DNA from: Candidatus Saccharimonadota bacterium
Lineage (GTDB): Bacteria; Patescibacteriota; Gracilibacteria; UBA1369; 2-02-FULL-48-14
Length of the DNA stretch: 32,000 nucleotides
Reading direction: 5' to 3'
Assembly: GCA_041661045.1 (NCBI GenBank)
Contig: JBAZVE010000001.1
Coordinates: forward strand, 1,140,001 to 1,172,000
Under the pieces are notes generated by a model, which was given only the letters and a program-made list of their open reading frames with translations, did not search any database and had not been told where the DNA came from. Both the position numbers and the translations under genes were made by a program. Shown piece after piece: positions 23,377-31,150 of this stretch (the first letter of the stretch is position 1; every line of letters starts with the position of its first letter).

Positions 23377-24762
23377 ATGTTTTTTGATGAAGTTAAGCTC
23401 GAACTCGAAGGAGGAAAGGGGGGTAATGGGATGGTGTTCTTTCACCGTGAGAAGTTTGTGGAATGTGGAGCTCCGGATGGTGGAGACGGTGGAAATGGAG
23501 GAAATGTGGTTTTGGAGGCGGATGAGAACTACAATACTTTGCAGCATTTTACGGGTTTAAAACGATTTAGAGCCAAGGATGGGGAGGGTGGATTTAGAAA
23601 CAATATGGCGGGCAAGGCGGGGGAGGATTTGATCTTAAAAGTTCCGGTGGGGACTTTGGTTTATGATCAAGACAGCGGAGATTTGATTATTGATCTTAAG
23701 AAAGCCGGTCAGAAATTTTTGATCGCCTTGGGGGGCCGTGGGGGATATGGGAATTCTAATTTTATGTCCAGCACTCGTCAGGCGCCGGATTTTGCGGAGT
23801 TGGGGGACACGGGTGAGCTTAAAAAAGTTCGCTTTGAGCTTCGTTTGGTTGCGGATATTGGTTTGGTGGGATTCCCGTCTGCCGGAAAATCCACTCTGAT
23901 TTCCAGAGTTTCCTCCGCTAAACCTAAGGTTGCGGCTTACCCGTTCACCACTTTAATCCCCAATTTGGGGGTGGTTTATTTGAGTGATTTTGGGGGCAGC
24001 AAGGATCAAAGCTTTGTGATTGCGGACATGCCGGGAATTATTGAAGGGGCTTCCGAAGGCAAGGGGCTTGGAGACGCCTTTTTGAGGCACATTTCACGAA
24101 CGGCGCTTTTGGTTTTTGTCTTGGATCCCTTTCCTTACGAAGAACGCAGCCTCAGTGAGCAGTATCGTATTCTTTCCGATGAGATCAAGAAATACGATGC
24201 CTCCCTGCTTGAAAAGGAGTTTTTTGTGGTGATGAATAAGATCGATTCCATTCCTACGGAAGACAGGGATCGTCTCAAAAAAGAATTTCTTAAGGCTTTC
24301 CCAAAGCTCAAATCTCGTTTCCGTCTTATTTCCGGTGTGAGTGGCGAAGGGCTTCCTCCTTTGATGTTTGAACTTTATGAGCTCACTCAAAAGCATCGAG
24401 AAAAGATGCCCGTTGTGGAAGAAGAGGAATCGGTACCGGATTACAAACCCCAAGCCTTGGTGGATAGCCATTCTTTTGAGGTTGAAAAGTTGGGAACCGT
24501 GGAGAGTGCCAAATTCCCCGAGGCGATTTATGGCATGACCATTGAACTGGAACTCATGCCCATTCGCACCCTTTTTAAGGTTACGGGTAGGCGAGTGGAG
24601 CAAATCTCACGAATGACCAATGTGAGCAAGGATGGCGCCTTGGATCGCCTGTATGATGTGCTTAAAAAAATGAAGATCCACAATGCTTTGGTCCGTTTAG
24701 GGGCAAAAACGGGCGACTTGGTCCAGATTGGGCCTCATTATCTTGAATTTCATGATTTATGA
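23377..24762 (+). CDS. obg: GTPase Obg/CgtA
   Basis: Obg-fold N-terminus MFFDEVKLELEGGKGGNGMVFFHREKF...GGDGGNGGNVVL. G-domain motifs GFPSAGKSTL, DMPGIIEGA and NKID. C-terminal OCT-like domain. Length 461 aa. Confidence 0.96.
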   Translation: MFFDEVKLELEGGKGGNGMVFFHREKFVECGAPDGGDGGNGGNVVLEADENYNTLQHFTGLKRFRAKDGEGGFRNNMAGKAGEDLILKVPVGTLVYDQDSGDLIIDLKKAGQKFLIALGGRGGYGNSNFMSSTRQAPDFAELGDTGELKKVRFELRLVADIGLVGFPSAGKSTLISRVSSAKPKVAAYPFTTLIPNLGVVYLSDFGGSKDQSFVIADMPGIIEGASEGKGLGDAFLRHISRTALLVFVLDPFPYEERSLSEQYRILSDEIKKYDASLLEKEFFVVMNKIDSIPTEDRDRLKKEFLKAFPKLKSRFRLISGVSGEGLPPLMFELYELTQKHREKMPVVEEEESVPDYKPQALVDSHSFEVEKLGTVESAKFPEAIYGMTIELELMPIRTLFKVTGRRVEQISRMTNVSKDGALDRLYDVLKKMKIHNALVRLGAKTGDLVQIGPHYLEFHDL

Positions 24763-25313
24763 AAGTACTTTGCGGCTTAGGAAATCCCGGTAAAAAATAC
24801 AATGGCACTCGACACAATGTTGGGTTTGTCTTTATTGCGGAGTTCGCCAAAAAACATGAATTTCCTCCTTTTGAAGAGAGGGGGAAGGCTTTGGTGAGCA
24901 CAAAGGGTACTGGAGAAAATAAGATTTTACTCATGCTCCCTCTTTCGTTTATGAATTTATCCGGAGAGGCGGTGCGGGAGGTTTTGGATTTTTACAAAGT
25001 TCCGCTCAAGGATTTTTATACGATTTATGATGATGTGGATTTGCCGTTGGGAACGCTTCGGTTTCGTGAAAAAGGTTCCGCCGGCACTCACAATGGGATG
25101 AAATCGGTGATTGAGCACCTTTCCAGCATGGATTTTCCACGGCTTCGCATTGGAATCGAGTCTCGTGGGGAAATCGCTCCGGCTCAAATTGCTTTGCATG
25201 ATTTTGTTTTGGCCCCCTTTTTACCTGATGAGCTCCCTATTTTGAAAAAAACTATTGAAGAAGGGATAGAGATTTTAGAAAAAGACCTTGCGAAAGAGTC
25301 CATTATTCCTTAA
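24759..25313 (+). CDS. pth: Peptidyl-tRNA hydrolase
   Basis: MKVLCGLGNPGKKYNGTRHNVGF...GSAGTHNGMKS. The start forms an ATGA overlap with the obg stop. Confidence 0.95.
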   Translation: MKVLCGLGNPGKKYNGTRHNVGFVFIAEFAKKHEFPPFEERGKALVSTKGTGENKILLMLPLSFMNLSGEAVREVLDFYKVPLKDFYTIYDDVDLPLGTLRFREKGSAGTHNGMKSVIEHLSSMDFPRLRIGIESRGEIAPAQIALHDFVLAPFLPDELPILKKTIEEGIEILEKDLAKESIIP

Positions 25314-25341
25314 AGTAACCCCGATTTAAACTCAAAAAACT

Positions 25342-25776
25342 ATGTTCGCAGTTGTATATCTTGGAGGGAAACAGTACCGAGTTCGTGAAAAAGACGAGCT
25401 TGAAGTTGAAAAAGTGGATGCCGAAGAGGGTAAAAACTTTAAGATCAATGAAGTGCTCTTGATGGCGGAAGAGGATGGAAGCTCCATGAAAATTGGAACT
25501 CCTTTTGTTGCTGGAGCTCATGTGGAATGTCAGGTTCTTGAGCAAGGAAAGGGAGAAAAAATCTACATTGCCACTTACCAATCCAAGAAACGAACGCACC
25601 GCCGTCAAGGTCACCGTCAGCTCTTCAGCACCATCAAAGTGCTCAAGATTTCTGCCGTTGAAAAGAAGGTGAGTGCCGTCAAGGAAGAGGCTGAAGTGAA
25701 GGAGGCTCCTGCTGAAAAGGTGGTAGCTAAAAAGCCGGCCGCTAAGAAAGCTCCTGCAAAAAAGGCCGCTAAATAA
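25342..25776 (+). CDS. rplU: 50S ribosomal protein L21 with a Lys/Ala-rich C-terminal extension
   Basis: MFAVVYLGGKQYRVREKDELEVEKV...YQSKKRTHRRQGHRQLFSTIKV is the bL21 core (~104 aa). A 40-aa tail follows: VEKKVSAVKEEAEVKEAPAEKVVAKKPAAKKAPAKKAAK. Confidence 0.93.
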   Translation: MFAVVYLGGKQYRVREKDELEVEKVDAEEGKNFKINEVLLMAEEDGSSMKIGTPFVAGAHVECQVLEQGKGEKIYIATYQSKKRTHRRQGHRQLFSTIKVLKISAVEKKVSAVKEEAEVKEAPAEKVVAKKPAAKKAPAKKAAK

Positions 25777-25817
25777 TTTTCTCTAGATCCCCTCAAGAGT
25801 GAATGGACCTGAAGTTC

Positions 25818-25845
25818 TTGTCAAAACTCTTTTTTATGTTAAGGT
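25818..25845 (+). promoter_or_regulatory. TTGTCA-16-(TG)tTAAGGT promoter-like element upstream of the 916-aa gene
   Basis: TTGTCA at 25818-25823 and TGTTAAGGT at 25837-25845, 18 nt upstream of the ATG at 25864. The -10 resembles the tyrS element TGTTAAGTT. Confidence 0.3.
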
Positions 25846-25863
25846 GTCCATACTTTACTTTGT

Positions 25864-28614
25864 ATGGAACAACTTTCTTCAGATCGTTTGGACGGTGCCG
25901 AGCTTGAGCCGGATTTTAACTTGGAAGGTTTTTCTCCTGAGTACCACGGGGCCATTCGGCAATTCCTAAAACAAATAAACAAGGATCAGCGCGAAGATGC
26001 TTTGACTCAGCTGAGTACTACCGATTCTACGATTCGTGAACGAGGTAAGTCCATACTTTTACCTATTTTTTACAGGTATCTTGAGGGTGCGGCGACATGG
26101 CGTCGGGGCAGAAATGTGAAGAGGTGTTTTCCTTTCTTTGATGCAGAAAAGGCCATAACTGAGCTGGAAGCAGTGCAGGAGCAACCCCGTTTTCAAAAAG
26201 AGATCGAGGAATTGGTGATTTACCTTTTAGGAAATACTCGGGAATACCCTCGATTTAAAGTTAAAAGTTGGGAAGAGGCTATTGCAGCAGCGTATGAGTC
26301 TAGAGACTTTAAACAGTTAAATGAATTGGAGAATAGTCTTAACCTTTCAACTCTGTTGGAGGGTGTTTTGAGCTGTGATACCGACGAAGAAATTCTGAGG
26401 CTTTTGGAGTTACATAAAAGCCAGGCTTGGCTTGAAGATTCTCTGCCCGATGTTCTACAGCAGTACCCTCGTATTAAGGCCAAGTATCCTGGAGGCTTGC
26501 CTAAAATGATTGAGGACCTTAATTTTATCTCAGGAGGGGATATGCAAGTGCCGGTTTATCGGGCTTTTGTGGAATGGGCGAGTGGTGACTCTGCTGAGTT
26601 CTGCGCTTTGGCAAAAGATCCTGAAGCCTTCGCGCGGTATTTGAGTTTCCTTAAAAATCTTGTGAACTGGATGAGTGATGGTGCTGCTCAACTTGTAAGT
26701 TCAGGGCAGATCAATGTGGCCTTTGAATCAGATGAGGGGAGGGATGATAAAATTGGTGACCAATTGGACCAGTTCTTTGAATGGGCGAATGCCATACAAG
26801 AACGGTTGAAGCTGAGTGATGAAGACCGTCAGGAAATCTACTCCATGCTCAGTAATCAGTCCGTTCGGTATTACGGTGATCCTCGATGGGCAGACTATTT
26901 TAGTGGTCTTGAATACCTCGTTGATCTTTTGGAGGCTGGACAAGCAGTGGAAACTAAACTGGGTCCACAGAGGCTCATCGATGTCATCATGGCTTATTTG
27001 TCTAGGCGTTATGCCTATATCTGGGTGAAGTCTACCGATGAAGCGGTTCAACCGAGTACATTTTCTTTGGGAGATGAGGATTTCCATCAGAAGGCTGCTG
27101 TCTTATGCCACTTTTTTTCGAAGGACAATCTCCTTCCCTATATGGAATTTGAACGGTTTGTACGGGGTGGTCTGGATCGTCGTGTGGCTGCCCATCTTAC
27201 CCAAGCAGAACTTCGTCAACCGTTTGCCGTAGATATCAATCCTCATCTAGAAGTTCCTGAGCCTCTTTTGGCTTTTTTGGAATTTATACCTTCTGCTCAG
27301 GGCTTGATTAAGAGTGTTAAGGAAATTTCTCAAGAAGGAGGGGATTTGAGCTCTGATATAAAGCACCGTCTCAAAGAACTTTTGTTAAAAGCAGATACGA
27401 TTATTGCTGATGAATCTTTTAAGGCAGAATATCGTGGAGTAGATCAGTTGGTGCTGGACCTCAAAAAGGCTTTGGAAATGCAAGTGGGTACGGTGCTATG
27501 GAGTGGAGTCTTGGGTTTTGCTGCAGTGGGACGCGAACGACTCAAGCCCAGCGCATGGCTCAAAGGCACCAATCCAGCTACTCGTATGGTTGTGTTGGGT
27601 GGCGCCTTGGAAAAAGTCTTGGCAGCACGGCAGAAACAGGGGGCTTTGGGTCAGCAAGTGGCCTTGCTCTGTGGGCCCAGTTCACCGGAAGAAATCTTCG
27701 ACTCTTTTGATCGCTTCGAACGCGACATCGTCGTTGATTTGCAGCTTGCCATTCCTGAGATGGAAACTCGTGTTCAGGCAGCTCGTGTTTCGGTTCCCGG
27801 TCGTATGTCATTAGGGACAAAGGTCCACACCGACTCTGGTATGGATTTTAACCGATTTCATTCACATCTTTCTGTTTTCCGTTTGGGTCAGGTGGGGCAC
27901 ACACCTTTTAAATTGATTCACGGTGGTAGAACTCTAGTGGTTCCACCTTTGCCCACAGCTTACGAACAAAGAGAAATGCTGCGACTTTTTGAAGCTTTTG
28001 GAACTTTAAATAAGAATGATCCGGACATTCAGGAGGCGATGGGTGGACGGTGGGCACCACATACTACGGCTGTAGTTGGAGCTTCTATCCTTTTGAGTAA
28101 TCATGTGGGACGCGTATATGCACCGGGAGCTTTTCAATCCACCGCAGACCAGACGCAAGCCCGTATCATGGCACGAGATGCGGGTGTAAGAGCAGTGGGT
28201 TTACCTTATGATCTTCCGGCAGCCGTGGGACGAACCGATCTTTTGGGACAGTTGGATGCCAGTTCTATGGGACGCTATCAGCTGTTGGGGACCTTGGCAG
28301 CTCATCGAGATTTCGAGGGGCCTTTGGCTCCGCTTATGACTTTTTATGAACGAGATTTTTTGAGTATTTTGCGTGAGGCAGGTTTGGAAAAAGCGTTGTA
28401 CGGATCCCCTTGGGTCGCTGATAAAGATACTCCGGATGACATCGATGCGCATGAATCGATGGTGGGTACTTTTGTACGGGCGTGGCAGCGTGAGCGCGAT
28501 CTACGACAAAAAGTGCGTGCCCTCATTGCGCAAACAGATAGGCGACTCTTAGAACTTAGCCCCATAATCATTTCTAGTGATCCTGAGGAATATGAGAGAC
28601 TGTTGGCCGCCTAG
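25864..28614 (+). CDS. Large hypothetical protein (916 aa), no recognisable domain
   Basis: Uninterrupted 2751-nt ORF with an ATG start, which is almost certainly coding at this G+C. No TM segment, no Walker A, no repeats. The N-terminal two thirds look helical. The C-terminal third is richer in Gly/His/Pro (GHTPFKLIHGGRTLVVPPLP, APHTTAVVGASILLSNHVGRVYAPGAF). Confidence 0.7.
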   Translation: MEQLSSDRLDGAELEPDFNLEGFSPEYHGAIRQFLKQINKDQREDALTQLSTTDSTIRERGKSILLPIFYRYLEGAATWRRGRNVKRCFPFFDAEKAITELEAVQEQPRFQKEIEELVIYLLGNTREYPRFKVKSWEEAIAAAYESRDFKQLNELENSLNLSTLLEGVLSCDTDEEILRLLELHKSQAWLEDSLPDVLQQYPRIKAKYPGGLPKMIEDLNFISGGDMQVPVYRAFVEWASGDSAEFCALAKDPEAFARYLSFLKNLVNWMSDGAAQLVSSGQINVAFESDEGRDDKIGDQLDQFFEWANAIQERLKLSDEDRQEIYSMLSNQSVRYYGDPRWADYFSGLEYLVDLLEAGQAVETKLGPQRLIDVIMAYLSRRYAYIWVKSTDEAVQPSTFSLGDEDFHQKAAVLCHFFSKDNLLPYMEFERFVRGGLDRRVAAHLTQAELRQPFAVDINPHLEVPEPLLAFLEFIPSAQGLIKSVKEISQEGGDLSSDIKHRLKELLLKADTIIADESFKAEYRGVDQLVLDLKKALEMQVGTVLWSGVLGFAAVGRERLKPSAWLKGTNPATRMVVLGGALEKVLAARQKQGALGQQVALLCGPSSPEEIFDSFDRFERDIVVDLQLAIPEMETRVQAARVSVPGRMSLGTKVHTDSGMDFNRFHSHLSVFRLGQVGHTPFKLIHGGRTLVVPPLPTAYEQREMLRLFEAFGTLNKNDPDIQEAMGGRWAPHTTAVVGASILLSNHVGRVYAPGAFQSTADQTQARIMARDAGVRAVGLPYDLPAAVGRTDLLGQLDASSMGRYQLLGTLAAHRDFEGPLAPLMTFYERDFLSILREAGLEKALYGSPWVADKDTPDDIDAHESMVGTFVRAWQRERDLRQKVRALIAQTDRRLLELSPIIISSDPEEYERLLAA

Positions 28615-28667
28615 TTGACTGATTTCCTCTTTTCAGGGTAAATTTAGACACTTAATATCTTTGACCC

Positions 28668-28976
28668 ATGTGTACAGGACATCGACAGTTAGAAGGATCT
28701 GTAATCCGCGTGGACTCTCGCACTATTCCTCAGTTGAGTGCTGCAGTCCAGGCCAGATATTTATTGCACGGACTTTATGCAGTAGAGGAAGTGGTGGCTG
28801 GGTACACTGGTCCCCATGACTTGGGTGGATGGCGAGAAAGGGCGCTTCTTCAAGTTTGTGAAGTGCTGGAGGTCAATCCACCCACTTTGAATGAATTACA
28901 GGCTCGTTTGGGTACATTGGAAATTCCCCCAGCAGACCAGGATTACTTGTTGAAACCGTTGAAGGGAAGTAAATAG
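28668..28976 (+). CDS. Small hypothetical protein (102 aa) downstream of the 916-aa gene
   Basis: ATG start 53 nt after the 916-aa stop. TTGACT (28615-28620)-18-TAAATT (28639-28644) lies upstream. The stop is 1 nt from the convergent rluD-like stop. No motif recognised. Confidence 0.4.
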   Translation: MCTGHRQLEGSVIRVDSRTIPQLSAAVQARYLLHGLYAVEEVVAGYTGPHDLGGWRERALLQVCEVLEVNPPTLNELQARLGTLEIPPADQDYLLKPLKGSK

Positions 28977-28977
28977 A

Positions 28978-29874
28978 TTAAAGTTTTACTTTCTCTAGAT
29001 CCTCCGGAAGAGGTGCTTGAAAGGTTTTTCCGTCTATTTTCAATTCGGCGGCGTGGAGGAACTGGCGGGTGAGACCGTGTTTTTCTTTAAATTCCGCGTT
29101 GAGCTTCTTATCTCCATAAACGGGATCTCCCACCACAGGGTGCCCGATGCTGGCCAAATGAACGCGAATTTGGTGAGTGCGGCCCGTCTCAATCTTTACT
29201 TTAAGCAGGCTCACACCGCGGTAAATGGCCAAGACTTCAAAGCTTGAAATGGCGGTTTTCCCTTGAGTGCTTACGGCCATCTTCTTTCGTTCATTGCTGC
29301 TGCGGCCAATGGGAGCCTCAATACGGCCTTTTTGGCTTTTGGGCGTGCCTTTCACCAGGGCGAGGTAGCTTTTTTCCACCTTTCGATCTTGAAAGAGCTT
29401 GCTGAACTTCTGATGCGTTTTATCATTTTTTGCGATGAGCAGGACCCCGGAGGTGTCTTTATCGAGACGATGGACGATTCCCGGGCGTTTTTTTCCACCA
29501 ATCCCACTCAAATTCTTGGAATGGGCTAGAACGGCGTGAACCACGGTTCCGCTGTTGTGGCCGCTTTCGTCGGGGTGCACCACCATTCCGGCGGACTTAT
29601 TGATGACCAGAAAATCTTTATCTTCAAAAATAATTTCGAGCGGGATTTTTTCCGGCACGAGTTTGGATTCCTCCGCTTCGGGAATGCGATAGAGGATTTT
29701 GTCTCCGGTTTTGAGCTTGGTGTTTGCTTTTTCCGGCTTATGGTTCACGAAAATACAGCCTTCTTTGATGAGGCGCTGAACCTGATTGCGGGTCAATTTT
29801 AGAAATGGAGCTAAAAACTGGTCGAGTCTGGCGGTGCTGTCTTTGTCTTTTATAATGATGCTTTGAAATTGCAT
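28978..29874 (-). CDS. rluD: RluA-family 23S rRNA pseudouridine synthase (RluD-like) with an N-terminal S4 domain
   Basis: S4-like region RLDQFLAPFLKLTRNQVQRLIKEGCIFVN. Catalytic motif GIVHRLDKDTSGVLLIAKN. GRTHQIRVHLASIGHPVVGDPVYG. Confidence 0.9.
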   Translation of the reverse strand: MQFQSIIIKDKDSTARLDQFLAPFLKLTRNQVQRLIKEGCIFVNHKPEKANTKLKTGDKILYRIPEAEESKLVPEKIPLEIIFEDKDFLVINKSAGMVVHPDESGHNSGTVVHAVLAHSKNLSGIGGKKRPGIVHRLDKDTSGVLLIAKNDKTHQKFSKLFQDRKVEKSYLALVKGTPKSQKGRIEAPIGRSSNERKKMAVSTQGKTAISSFEVLAIYRGVSLLKVKIETGRTHQIRVHLASIGHPVVGDPVYGDKKLNAEFKEKHGLTRQFLHAAELKIDGKTFQAPLPEDLEKVKL

Positions 29875-29888
29875 TTTCAGGTGGGCTT

Positions 29889-29897
29889 TGTTAAGTT
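29889..29897 (+). promoter_or_regulatory. Extended -10 TGTTAAGTT upstream of tyrS
   Basis: tgttaagtt at 29889-29897, 27 nt upstream of the ATG at 29925. The 50-nt gap is too short for a T-box leader. Confidence 0.3.
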
Positions 29898-29924
29898 GGT
29901 CTTAGGTTACTTTACAGGAAAACC

Positions 29925-31142
29925 ATGGCTGTGAATACAGATGAAAAGATGATCGATCAATTGCTTTCTTTGGGGGTAGCTGATGTTATTGTTAAAGAAG
30001 ATTTAAAAAAGAAGCTGCGGAGTGGAAAGATTTTGCGCATTAAATTGGGTATTGATCCCACGGGTTTCGATCTGCACCTGGGGCATATGGTGGTCTTGCA
30101 CAAGCTCAAGGAATTTCAGGATTTGGGGCATCAAATCATTCTGCTTTTTGGTAATTTTACGGGAAGAATTGGAGATCCCTCCGGAAAGAATGAAACTCGT
30201 CCGATGCGCACACAGGAAGAACTTGAAGCCAACGCGAAGGATTATATGGAGCAAGCGGGTAAAATTTTGGATGTGAGCAAGGTGGAAGTGCGTTGGAATG
30301 CCGAATGGCTCGCTCCACTCAACTTTGCGGATGTGGTGACTCTGGCTTCGCAGTTTACGGTGGCACAGATGCTCGAACGGGACATGTTCCAGGATCGCAT
30401 CAAGGCGAATCAACCGATTTCCGTGCATGAATTCATGTATCCGCTCATGCAGGGCTACGACAGCGTGGCGCTCAAGGCGGATGTGGAGCTGGGTGGAACA
30501 GATCAAACTTTTAACCTGCTCGCCGGGCGCACTTTGCAAAAAGCCTACGGCCAGGAGCCTCAAAACATTTTGACCGTGCCCATTTTGATTGGAACGGATG
30601 GCAGTATGAAGATGGGCAAAAGCACCGGCAATTACATCGCCGTGGCCGAAACTCCCGAGGATATGTATGGAAAAACCATGTCCATTTCGGATGAGCTCAT
30701 TTTGAACTACTTTGAACTCGCCGCCCGTGTGGATGGAGATGAATTGGCGGAATTCAAAAAGCGATTGGAGGAGGGTGAAAACCCCCGCAATCTCAAGATG
30801 GAGCTGGCTCATGCCATTGTGGAGCTTTACCACGGCGAAAAGGCCGCCCAAATGGCCGAGGAACACTTTAAAACGGTGCACCAGAAAAGGGAGGTGCCGG
30901 AGGAGGTTGAAGAGGTGACTTTAGGAGCCGGCTCCGGCGCAAACGGCGCCTGGAACATTGTGGATTTGATCTCGGAGTTGGGCTTGGCCGAAACAAAGAG
31001 CAAGGCTCGCCAGTTGATCGAAGGTGGGGCCGTGAAGTGGGAAGGCGAAAAAGTAGAGGATGTAAAAATGGAAGTGACTCTGACGGGCGATGGGGCACTT
31101 TTACAGGTTGGAAAGAGGAATTTTAGGAGGGTGAAGAATTAA
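29925..31142 (+). CDS. tyrS: Tyrosine--tRNA ligase
   Basis: HIGH-type motif DLHLGHM, KMSKS-type motif KMGKSTG, GGTDQTFN, and a C-terminal S4 domain (ARQLIEGGAVKWEGEKVED). Length 405 aa. Confidence 0.95.
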   Translation: MAVNTDEKMIDQLLSLGVADVIVKEDLKKKLRSGKILRIKLGIDPTGFDLHLGHMVVLHKLKEFQDLGHQIILLFGNFTGRIGDPSGKNETRPMRTQEELEANAKDYMEQAGKILDVSKVEVRWNAEWLAPLNFADVVTLASQFTVAQMLERDMFQDRIKANQPISVHEFMYPLMQGYDSVALKADVELGGTDQTFNLLAGRTLQKAYGQEPQNILTVPILIGTDGSMKMGKSTGNYIAVAETPEDMYGKTMSISDELILNYFELAARVDGDELAEFKKRLEEGENPRNLKMELAHAIVELYHGEKAAQMAEEHFKTVHQKREVPEEVEEVTLGAGSGANGAWNIVDLISELGLAETKSKARQLIEGGAVKWEGEKVEDVKMEVTLTGDGALLQVGKRNFRRVKN

Positions 31143-31150
31143 TTTTTTAT

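Noticed and set aside
27430-27438. YRG motif in the 916-aa protein as a possible ADP-ribosyltransferase R-S-E signature
   Set aside because: No STS-like or ExE/QxE motif lies at the expected 30-60-aa spacings. It is a single tripeptide match.
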